Positions 1 to 8,054 of a stretch of DNA of 9,105 nucleotides are shown in pieces (the stretch's first letter is position 1; every line of letters starts with the position of its first letter). Position numbers and translations under genes: made by a program. The stretch is taken from positions 1 to 9,105 of the forward strand of contig NW_021828106.1 of the NCBI RefSeq assembly GCF_006345805.1, in the 5' to 3' direction. Source of the stretch: Octopus sinensis. Lineage: Eukaryota. A model generated the notes under the pieces. It was not told where the DNA came from. It was given only the letters and a program-made list of their open reading frames with translations, and did no database searches.

Positions 1-37
1 TAATAAGTTGTACACGAATTAATAAAGAGCCTGGAGG

Positions 38-485
38 TCAGCTCAAAGTCGCTGCACTGCGTATCGAGTGGCAGTTTCCGCGGAGCACCGCGACCGAGAT
101 TCGCTGGAAGAGCCAGCTCGTCTCCCTCCGGTCGTTGGTCTTCCTGGCAATTCTCCTGGCAATGTCGGCAAGAAGGCGAGTCGCAGACCTGCCGACAATT
201 CCAGATGTTTCGAAGGCGAGGGGGACAAACTCGTAACAGTCCGAAATATTTCCATACTTCGACCTCTTAGCCTCCTCAGCCTGAGCACTGGCAGAACCCG
301 GGTTAGTGATGGACTTGAGTAACACCGACGCGGAGAACGAGTCAACACAAGTTACATCCCAAATCAGGGACTTCCCTTTCAGGGAAGGTAGTCATCCCGT
401 CAGGACGCTTTCCATCACTCCGACAGAGACCGACTGGCTCTAGAGTGGAGGGGAACCTGCCGACTCTAGTACTCTAGTGCTCTTT
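38..485 (-). mobile_element. 3' fragment of a CRE-like (RLE-type) non-LTR retrotransposon, frameshifted restriction-like endonuclease domain
   Basis: Minus-strand translation across frameshifts reads RALE..SAG.PSTLEPVGLCRSDGKRPDGMTTFP/KGKSLIWDVTCVDS...AEEAKRSKY...FVPLAFETSG...WLFQRISVAVLRGN. These are the RPD..WD.T..K..KY and F.P...ET.G...QR...RGN motifs of CRE-clade RLE domains. There is a frameshift near 382 and an 8-bp tandem duplication (actctagt x2) at about 463-478. Confidence 0.85.
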
Positions 486-773
486 GTAGGAGAATTTGGC
501 TACAAGATTTTGGTCAGGGTTGAACGAAGGGACAATCGTGCCATGGCCGAATTGTATCGTTCAATCAAAGCGGTCACCGCCTCTGGGTTCTTGACTTAGC
601 TTGGATGTAACGAATTGGAAAAAGAACTCATAAACGCTTGTGCCCATTCATTCGCTGAGGGGCTTTTCAACGACTCTGGAGATCTAGGCTCCCCTATTGA
701 GATTGGGTCTTTAGATTGGAAGATCTTAAACGCCCTCGTTCCCAGTCTGTACATTTTGTGTTGGGGTCATAAG

Positions 774-2035
774 CAGTGTTTCCTCTAAGCGAGTGGTAGC
801 TATGCGCGCTGGGCACATTGCATTGTGCAGCGTTATAAAGTGACGTGTGCAAAAAATTTTTGGGGGGGGAAATTTTACAATTAAAAAACCAATGGTTAAA
901 AAAATAGGTCTAGTCAATTGGATATTCTCTTCTGTTTTTATTTTGTATCCAAAATTTGTATACTCGATCAAGATCCACTGTATTCCCACTTGTTAAATAG
1001 AAATTGATTCGCATGATCATCTCCAAATGGTCAATCTCAAGTCTATTACGTAGTTTAGTTTTGATACAGTTCATCAAACTAAATCCACGTTCAGCATCAG
1101 CACTCGACGCTGGAAATGTGCCACAAATATCTACAAATGTTGCAGTGGCTGAAAATTTTTTCTCCGCTAGTATATAGTAAATTACATCTTCAAATGTTTT
1201 CAAAGCACCAGAGTGCAGTTTTTCTTTTAAAATAAACTTGAGATCTGTATATTCCGACTGCAGTTTTATAAGTGGGACTTCTGAAGAGAGTAATTTTCAT
1301 ATTTTTTCGCTAATTTAATTATCTCCTCTTTTCCAAATTCAAAGTTTGTCTGATTTTGAATTGCTTGAGTGTCAAATGCTACCCATTCTCTTAATTCGTC
1401 AGCTGGAAATCTTTCTTGTAAATGCAGATAAACATGCTCGATAAAGCATAGGATTCATCTGTATTTGTATCTCCATAACCAGTTGTTGATAACAACATCT
1501 TCACGCTGTCACTCCAGTAAATTTCATTTCCATCCAAATATTGAGATTTCAGCTTCGAAATTTTTGCTCTGGCAAACTGTACAGCTTCTATGGTCGATAT
1601 ACAGCTTCTTTGGAAAACTGTGCACAAATCTGCTAATTCAACCAAAATTTCATTTAAGACAGTTAAAGCAACATGAATAAGAGGATTCTTTAGCGTCGCC
1701 ACATATTTTACAAACAACTCCGCAGTCTTCGGAAAAACTAAAAATATCACCCAGTTGCACATGTTGGGGAATTTTTGAATCTGGTGTTAAGGTTTCGACG
1801 TATTCTATCAACCATTCCGGCTTAAAAGAAGGAGAATTTTTCTTAGTCTCATATCAATATTATAGACACGTGTTCGTTTTGAAATGAAAATAAGAATATA
1901 TAAATTCATATAAAAAATTAAAAAAAATAGCAATTTTTAATATTATACTTTCTACTGCGCAGAAAAAATTTCGCTGCGCAGCAAGGTGCAAACTGCTGCG
2001 CGGCCGCGCACGCGCGCAGCTTAGAGGGAACACTG
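774..2035 (-). mobile_element. hAT-superfamily DNA transposon, internally deleted non-autonomous copy (1262 bp)
   Basis: TIRs are CAGTGTTTCCTCTAAGC (774-790) and GCTTAGAGGGAACACTG (2019-2035), a 16/17 match. A perfect 8-bp TSD, GTCATAAG, lies at 766-773 and 2036-2043. GC-rich TGCGC subterminal repeats occur at about 1955-2020, and transposase remnants are inside. Confidence 0.95.
910..1882 (-). pseudogene. hAT transposase remnant (ZNF862/Tip100-like): N-terminal zinc-finger part fused to the C-terminal hATC dimerisation domain
   Basis: The C-terminus reads FPASSADAERGFSLMNCIKTKLRNRL (hATC motif) in ORF 910-1203, and ORF 1391-1762 supplies the preceding helical region. N-terminal FKPEW (1812-1826) ... 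VVCKICGDAK (about 1690-1718) is in another frame, implying a deletion junction near 1690 that removed most of the catalytic core. Confidence 0.85.
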
Positions 2036-3298
2036 GTCATAAGTCGTGATTTCGACATCACCAAACACACCTCGAACGGCAACTGCATACGCTACCTGGG
2101 GCTTGATTTCATCAAGAAAACAGTCGATGATGCAGAGCATCTCCGACCAAATACTGATAAGTACTTGTATGATCTGATAATGAACAATGATAACAAGCAT
2201 GAAGTTATTGGATACTTTGGAACATATAGGCATTGGGGTCACCCGCGAATAAAATGGCAAGAAGGGCTAAAGAAACTTTACGATCAAACCCATGAAGATC
2301 TACCTATTGACTCAGAATATATAGAGAAACTAACGAGTGACCTTGCTCGAATGATTCTTGTAAGAGACTTTCAAGACAAGAAGCGATGGTCAGTCGACAA
2401 AGAAAAATTGGATGAACTTGAGCCGTATTCTAAAACATTTATGTATCAGATAAAATCCGATCTCTTCCCAAGCAAACGGTCCATACGTGCATTTGGGCAC
2501 AATTGGCATAAATTACCCATGCTGCCCATATTTGAGATACCTGAAACCATGCCATTATCAGAACTATTGAGTGATAAATCACATTCACTGAACATAGAAG
2601 AGCTCAAAGAATTATTGCGGAAAGGAACCATTGGATACAGTGCAGATAGAAGTGTCTTGAACACTGCGTTAAGTAGAGAAAATGTGAACCTTAAACAATT
2701 CTTAAAAGATATTGATGAGAACGGATTCGAAGAAAAAGACTATGTGATTGGAGTGAGAGCAAAAGAGCGTGAGCTCAAAAAGGAAGGAAGGTTCTTTTCA
2801 TTAATGACTTATCCTCTTCGACTCTATTTTGTTGCTACAGAGAAACTGATTGGGAAATACTTCTTACCGATGTTTGATTCTATTACTATAAACGACCCAT
2901 CAATTACAGTGTACAAGAAAATGAGAGAGGCAGTCCCAGGACACCTCAACGGATCAAAGGACACTGTTACATATGCTGCACATGTTGACTACTCTAAATG
3001 GAACAATCGTCAAAGACATGACTCCACTTCGCCGATCTTTAAAGTGATGGATCGTGCATGCGGATTCGAAAATGTCTTTTCAAGGACACACAGAATATTT
3101 GAGAGGTCTGACTTTTACTATGCAGACGCACCTCTTGCTTTTATGGTTGATGAATCAGGCAGAATAAAGAATAAGTACAATGACCTAATGGTGTCATGGA
3201 ACAGGCAACCCGGTGGATTAGAGGGATTAAGACAGAAATCAGAAATGCGCTATCATCCGTCAGAAATGCGCTATCATCAGTGGGCACCAGCTCACTGA
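2036..3298 (+). CDS. L: EVE1: endogenous rhabdovirus-like L protein (RdRp) fragment, open frame, truncated just after motif B
   Basis: The frame is open from 2036 (ORF track start 2165; first ATG 2180). Mononegavirales/rhabdovirus L motifs appear in order: FGTYRHWGHP, FGHNWHKLP, SDKSHS, premotif A KERELKKEGRFFSLM, motif A HVDYSKWNNRQR and motif B GGLEGLRQK (ends 3238). The last 19 sense codons before the TGA are junction filler. Motif C (GDN) is absent. Confidence 0.95.
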   Translation, partial: VISRDFDITKHTSNGNCIRYLGLDFIKKTVDDAEHLRPNTDKYLYDLIMNNDNKHEVIGYFGTYRHWGHPRIKWQEGLKKLYDQTHEDLPIDSEYIEKLTSDLARMILVRDFQDKKRWSVDKEKLDELEPYSKTFMYQIKSDLFPSKRSIRAFGHNWHKLPMLPIFEIPETMPLSELLSDKSHSLNIEELKELLRKGTIGYSADRSVLNTALSRENVNLKQFLKDIDENGFEEKDYVIGVRAKERELKKEGRFFSLMTYPLRLYFVATEKLIGKYFLPMFDSITINDPSITVYKKMREAVPGHLNGSKDTVTYAAHVDYSKWNNRQRHDSTSPIFKVMDRACGFENVFSRTHRIFERSDFYYADAPLAFMVDESGRIKNKYNDLMVSWNRQPGGLEGLRQKSEMRYHPSEMRYHQWAPAH

Positions 3299-3312
3299 CA
3301 CTCTGTCAGTCT
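3239..3312. repeat. Junction filler: 19-bp direct repeat plus small hairpin
   Basis: TCAGAAATGCGCTATCATC occurs at 3239-3257 and 3260-3278. CAGAAAT occurs at 3233-3239 and 3240-3246 across the viral junction. An inverted repeat ACTGACA-ctc-TGTCAGT lies at 3294-3310. Confidence 0.85.
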
Positions 3313-3617
3313 CGGCACAGCTGCGGATAATGCAGAGGACATCAAGAAGAAGAAATATGATGGGCTCACCGATCGTTACGTTTTCCGGCCGGTTGCTGTC
3401 GAAACCCTGGGATCGATTGGGAAGGATTCGTTGAGGTTTCTCAAGTGTATTGGACGTCTCAAGACCTTGAGAACACACAATCCTCTGGAGACGAGATGGC
3501 TCTTCCAGAACGTGTCCCAAGCAATAGTGAGGGGAAACAGGATCGCCATCAGTTCTTCTTACACTGTATAACTATATTCCAAATTTTGAACATTAATAAT
3601 TGATTTAAGATAAAAAA
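3313..3617 (+). mobile_element. 5'-truncated CRE-like non-LTR retrotransposon 3' end (copy A)
   Basis: Encodes GTAADNAEDIKKKKY..RYVFRPVAVETLGSIG...WLFQNVSQAIVRGN..SYTV* (stop 3569-3571), then a 3' UTR and an A6 run. It matches 6052-6357 with 4 substitutions and 1 indel counted by eye. Confidence 0.9.
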
Positions 3618-3697
3618 TGGGACAGTATACGACTACCGATTTTTAATCGGTAAGAATGTTCTAGAAAAAACAAAAAGTATATTTATAGAGTAAATTA

Positions 3698-4593
3698 GGT
3701 TAGGCAAAGGAAATAATGGCTCCCGAAGTGAAGCATTATACTGCCTTCTGCAAGATAGAAATTTGTTTTTTGCAAACACGAGGCCGTTATGCAACATTGT
3801 AAAAAAGTAAACAAACTGTTGATCACCTGGCCACTCAGTGTGGCAAAATGCTCAATAGCGATTACCTCCGAAGACATGACGAGGTGGTTAAATGTGTCCA
3901 TCTTCATATTTGTCAAATGTATGGAATAAAAAAGAACAGGAAATTAAAGACTCATTCAGTTCAGTCGATATTGTCAACTCAAAATGTAGAAATTAGAGTT
4001 GAAACGTCAATTATAACAGAAAATAAAGTCAACTTCAATAAACCGGATATCTTTGTTTATGACAAAATTAAAAAGGAAATAACCTTAATCGAGGTGGGCA
4101 TAACATCTCAGGACCGCTTAAAACAAGTGGAAGTTGAAAAACTTCACAAATATGATTTCCTTGCAAATGAACTGTCACTACTTACGAATGCCAAGTTAAA
4201 ATTATTCCCGTGTTTCTGACCTGGGATGGTGTAGTTGCAAGATGCTTCAAAAAATTATATGGATAAACTATATATTGAAAAATTTACAATGACATACATC
4301 CAATCGGTTATGCTCAAAAGGACGCTAGAGAGCATGATAATTGAACACAAGCATGGAATGAAGATAACTGGCGAGGAATATACCTCTGCGACCGATCAAC
4401 TAGTAGAAATGGCACGCCGTCAGGACATTCCATTCAAAGACAAAAGACGCACAACAACTGACGCAGAGATAGAGAATGATGAGGAACAAGCAGCAGACTC
4501 TTCTCCTAAAAGGAGAAGAGAGACTACCAATCAGGATTGAAAGTCCCAATTAAATATTTTAATCTTAATTAAATTTTGGTTTCGTAAATAAAC
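3698..4593 (+). mobile_element. 5'-truncated R4/Dong-like RLE non-LTR retrotransposon (CCHC finger + endonuclease), frameshifted
   Basis: Translation across frameshifts reads LGKGN..EALYCLLQDRN..C..C...TVDHLATQCGKMLNSDYLRRHDEV...KPDIFVYD...LIEVGIT...EKLHKYDFLANEL...LTWDGVV. The stop is at 4540 and the 3' end is TAAATAAAC. A perfect 12-bp TSD, TAGAGTAAATTA, lies at 3686-3697 and 4594-4605. Confidence 0.88.
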
Positions 4594-4620
4594 TAGAGTA
4601 AATTATAGTTATATCATTTG

Positions 4621-4974
4621 CTCCCACTAGGCTCAGGCACACTCATCCCGATTCAAAAGGCCAACAAAACCTCCGGACCGGTGGAAAATCTTCGTCCCGT
4701 AATACTACTAAACACTCTGAGAAAACTTTCTCACTCATTACACTCGGTCGCATAACCCGAACTGTTAATGAATATCTTTCCCCCAGTCACAGCGGATTCA
4801 GGGCTGGAAGATCCACAGCTGATATAGTCTGGAGTCACAGATGGCAAACTTCATGGCAAAAGTTTCAAAAACTGGGACGACCTAGAATCTTTGCGGGATC
4901 ACGCCCGCAACAGAGGGGCATGGATGAGGATGGTCCAGAAGATTGTTTTACTTGTGACACATGTGGGATTATAA
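4621..4974 (+). mobile_element. Internally deleted non-LTR retrotransposon RT fragment (RTE/Proto2-like; clade uncertain)
   Basis: Not in the ORF track. LGSGTLIPIQKANK..GPVENLRPVILLNTLRK/FSLI...LSPSHSGFRAGRSTADIVWSHRW (early RT domains) is joined directly to a C-terminal-type DDLESLRDHARNRGAWMRMV...* (TAA 4972-4974). ATGGCAAA is repeated at the junction (4841-4848 and 4853-4860). Confidence 0.75.
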
Positions 4975-5115
4975 ACTTTGTTTATGTTCCTACGGAATGT
5001 GTTATAATAATCTCCTCATGACATTAACTAATTTATAACTTTCTCGTTTTACTTTATTGTTTTATTTTATTAAGAAATATTTTAATTATCTACTATTACA
5101 AATTATTCTTTTCAA

Positions 5116-5203
5116 AAAATTCGGAATGATACTTATTTGCATTACTCAAAAAAATTTTGAATAATACTTTTTTAATTATACAATGTTTTTTAACCTTCAG
5201 AAC
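5116..5203 (+). promoter_or_regulatory. H2B upstream/leader segment ending in a pyrimidine tract + CAG (candidate splice or trans-splice acceptor); related copy at 8113-8162
   Basis: The exact 15-mer TTCGGAATGATACTT occurs at 5120-5134 and 8118-8132. Segment 5151-5203 aligns with 8113-8162, and both end ..TTCAGAAC. The regulatory role is an inference. Confidence 0.45.
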
Positions 5204-5227
5204 ATACAAATAGAAATTTTGTTAATA

Positions 5228-5594
5228 ATGGCACCTAAAGTTAGCACAAAAGGACAAAAAAGAGCTTCCATTAAAACAAAAATGTTTCCGTCGCTACAAA
5301 AAAAAAAGAAAAAAAAACTTTTTCGATATAAAAAAAAACTTATGAAAATTTTAAAGACAGTACATAATCAACTTGGGATGTCAAAGAAGGCTATGCTGGC
5401 TATGGACAGTTTTACATTCGATGTTTATGACAAAATAAAAACCGAGGCTTCAAATCTAGTCTATCAGAATTCGAAGGCTACCATTACCTCACGTGAAATG
5501 CAGACTGCAGTTCGTCTGATTCTTCCGGTGAATTGGGAATCATGCTATTACAGAAGGTGCAAAGGAAGTTACTAAGTACACGAATACAAAATAA
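5228..5594 (+). pseudogene. H2B: Divergent histone H2B, frameshifted near the C-terminus
   Basis: Reads MAPKVSTKGQK...KILKTVHNQLGMSKKAMLAMDSF..DVYDKI..EASNL....KATITSREMQTAVRLILP. After two apparent 1-nt deletions (about 5526 and 5536) it continues GELG/NHAITEGAKEVTKYTNTK* (TAA 5592-5594). Confidence 0.9.
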
Positions 5595-5667
5595 CACTTT
5601 AAAAATAATTTTTTATTCATTTGTTCTTTAAATAACTATTGCAACAATCCAAATCCAACTAGTAATT

Positions 5668-5873
5668 GTCCCTTTGGCATTCGAGATTTCTGCAGCCTTT
5701 TCAAACATCCAAGTTCTTAAAAGACGTCGGCCTCCTTATCGCTCAGAGAAACATGTATGCACGCGAATCTTCTTGGCTGAAACAGAGGATCTCGGTTACA
5801 ATCATGCGCGACAACTTGCAAGCTATTCTTTTGACCGGGATCTGATCGTTCTCTGCTTTTTGTTTAATTGATT
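5668..5873 (+). mobile_element. Very short 5'-truncated CRE-like retrotransposon 3' end (third family)
   Basis: Reads VPLAFEIS.../KFLKDVGLLIAQRNMYARESSWLKQRISVTIMRDNLQAILLTGI* (TGA 5843-5845), homologous to the C-terminus of ORF 38-325. An 11-bp TSD, AACTAGTAATT, lies at 5657-5667 and 5874-5884. Confidence 0.85.
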
Positions 5874-5989
5874 AACTAGTAATTTAGTCTGTAATCTCGC
5901 AAAATTCATCAATTTAAGCAATAGTTACAATTATTTGATGGTGCTGATAAAATATTATTTGAAAAATATTTAATTTTAATAATGATGAG

Positions 5990-6355
5990 GGGGATTCAAC
6001 ATGTTCCGACTCCTTGTCCAAGACAAACATGTTGGAAAGTGCCTGCTATGCCGGCACAGCTGCGGATAAAGCAGAGGACATCAAGAAGAAGAAATATGAT
6101 GGGCTCACCGATCGTTACGTTTTCCGGCCGGTTGCTGTCGAAACCCTGGGATCGATTGGGAAGGAGTCGTTGAGCTTTCTCAAGTGTATTGGACGTCTCA
6201 AGACCTTGAGAACACACAATCCTCTGGAGACGAGATGGCTCCTCCAGAACGTGTCCCAAGCAATAGTGAGGGGAAACAGGATCGCCATCAGTTCTTCTTA
6301 CACTGTATAACTATATTCCAAATTTTGTAACATTAATAATTGATTTAAGATAAAA
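5990..6355 (+). mobile_element. 5'-truncated CRE-like retrotransposon 3' end (copy B)
   Basis: Reads DSTCSDSLSKTNMLESACYAGTAADKAEDIKKKKY...FRPVAVETLG...AIVRGN...* (stop 6310), then a short A tail. A 12-bp TSD, AATAATGATGAG, lies at 5978-5989 and 6356-6367. It is about 98% identical to copy A over the shared part. Confidence 0.9.
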
Positions 6356-6388
6356 AATAATGATGAGTAATTTCTTTTCAATTTGGTT

Positions 6389-7186
6389 ATGAGCAGTTTC
6401 CCTTTGCCCCAAGACCCTCGGACAAATCTACTTCTCTATGCTGATAACGTCCTTATCCTTGACACTCAAAGGATGTGATGGCCTCAGAAAAGAGGCTTTT
6501 CACCTACATTGAGGTAATAAAGGAGTGGTGCGCCAGCAAACAGCTCTCGTTAGCAATGGATAAATCCGCTTCCTACAAATCAACTCGAAAAAGTCATCAG
6601 ATCAGATCTCTGGGCCCCTAGCCGAAATTGTGCGCCCCAGGTAGCGTATGCAGCTAACTCGGTTACCGTCTGCATGTCAAGAAAAGAGAGCAAAAGGCTT
6701 GCGGGTCTCCGCCTCTTAAGAAGCATGCATCTGGATCCTAAGACATTCCTCTTCGTGTTCCATGCAACCATCCTACCCAGCTTGCTGTACAGAATGGAAG
6801 CATGGTACTACTCGAAAGATCTCGAGAAAATTTGCGGGAAATGCGAGAAAATCCGACGCTACGCGTTGAAGCTAGCTTACAGGCTTGATCGGCCCGTCCC
6901 AAGCTGGGCGGAGACCAGATCCCCGGAGATAAGACAGGTCATTGAGAAATCTATCCGATCTTTCCGGAAAAGAACTCAGGTGACCGACCTGTTTATCGAT
7001 CGGAAACTCTCTGCACTCGTCAAAAATTAATGAACCTACTTTATTAACTCTGGCTCACGACAGATGAATTGGACGCAAGCTCAGAAGAGTTCAGTTGCCT
7101 TGGCATCAGTCTCGTCCTATCACCGTCCTCAATTCCTGTCACTTTCTCTTTCTCTGTTAATTACAATAAACTTAATTGATTGATTG
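6389..7186 (+). mobile_element. 5'-truncated L2/CR1-like LINE: RT C-terminal half and 3' tail, degenerate
   Basis: Contains LLLYADNVLIL (YADD-like, 6437-6448), IKEWCASKQLSLAMDK and LRLLRSM...VFHATILPSLLYRMEAWY (ORF 6674-7030). AATAAA at 7165-7170 is followed by an (ATTG)3 microsatellite tail at 7175-7186. Confidence 0.7.
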
Positions 7187-7218
7187 TCTGAATTGGTTCT
7201 GTCTGAAATAAAAAAAAT

Positions 7219-7318
7219 ATGGCTATAACTAAACAAACTGCTCGAAAATCTACTGGAGCAAAAGTTCCAAGGAAACAATCTGCTCGAATCTGCAAAATCT
7301 GCTCGCAAGTCTGTTTCA
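7219..7318 (+). pseudogene. H3: Histone H3 N-terminal tail fragment
   Basis: Not in the ORF track. ATG at 7219 begins [20 protein letters not shown], then after a frameshift ..SAKSARKSVS, versus canonical [31 protein letters not shown]. No histone fold is recognisable downstream. Confidence 0.85.
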
Positions 7319-8054
7319 CAATTTGCCATCATTGAGATATCCGCTCTGGTATATACACTGCTTATAAGCTACTAGGTAGAATTGTGTTTTAATTAAAATT
7401 ATCTTAATTTTTAGTTACCCAATTATTAATAGAAAACCTAATAAATGTGGCACGTGTGAGCACTCTTTTGTACCTTGTTGTCCTGTTACATTATTTGGTC
7501 AATCTTTATTTTTTTATTTAATTGGATTAGAAGGAATATTTTTGCGATGTAGTTTCTTTTAATGAATAATTATCTGAAATTTCATCATTTTGTAATATTT
7601 GCGAGTTTATTCTTTCAATCTGTTTATATCGCTTATTTGAAATCTTCTCATTTATCTTTATTCATTGAATTTCACCTTATTTTTTGATAAAAAGTTCTAT
7701 TCTTTATATTCTTATGGCAAACTTTTATTTATTTGTTCCCGGATTTGGCGATCTTATATTTTAGCACCCTAAAATCTAAAATGTCAATTTCTACCAAATT
7801 TATTTTATCATTATTGTTATATTTTTTTTCTAGACTTTTTTTAAACTGAACACGATTTAATTATTGTTTATTATTTTTATAAATTATTATTCACAGGCCT
7901 TGGGTGTACCGAGCCTAGGTGGTTATACTTTCGGACTTGGAAAAAAATTCAAGAAAATATTTGAACTCTATTTCAAAATCTATTTTGTCAAGATAAATAT
8001 TATAAAATGACAAATAACAGAACAGAATTTTTTATTGTAAAGAACAAGAGACTG

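Noticed and set aside
486-725. GC-richer stretch with a partly open minus-strand frame (KIFQSKDP...ANEWAQAFMSSFS), possibly another LINE fragment
   Set aside because: No diagnostic motif and it has internal stops; it needs blastx before any call.
748-2086. CxxC...H...C pattern formed across the hAT junction (CTFC..KHTSNGNC), like a retroelement zinc knuckle
   Set aside because: The spacing does not fit CCHC consensus, and the segment is better explained as the upstream part of L.
3239-3278. 19-bp direct repeat as a CRISPR-like array
   Set aside because: Only two copies 2 bp apart, no spacers, and a eukaryotic context.
3634-3652. 8-bp stem hairpin TACCGATT-ttt-AATCGGTA
   Set aside because: Isolated and short, with no supporting context for a terminator or TIR.
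4608-7198. Possible 6-bp TSDs for the RTE-like (GTTATA) and L2-like (TTGGTT) fragments
   Set aside because: Too short to be significant in AT-rich DNA.
43-7332. Short ORF-track entries such as 43-348, 68-322, 726-989, 1465-1680, 2021-2260, 2446-2664, 3260-3520, 3695-3916, 5982-6173, 5996-6259, 6580-6771 and 7129-7332
   Set aside because: These are antisense or alternative-frame shadows of the TE, viral and histone sequences, with no recognisable motifs.
7432-7470. KPNKCGTCEHSF resembling the first half of a C2H2 zinc finger, with nearby possible tiny GT-AG introns
   Set aside because: No His pair follows and no coherent gene model can be built; compatible with chance.
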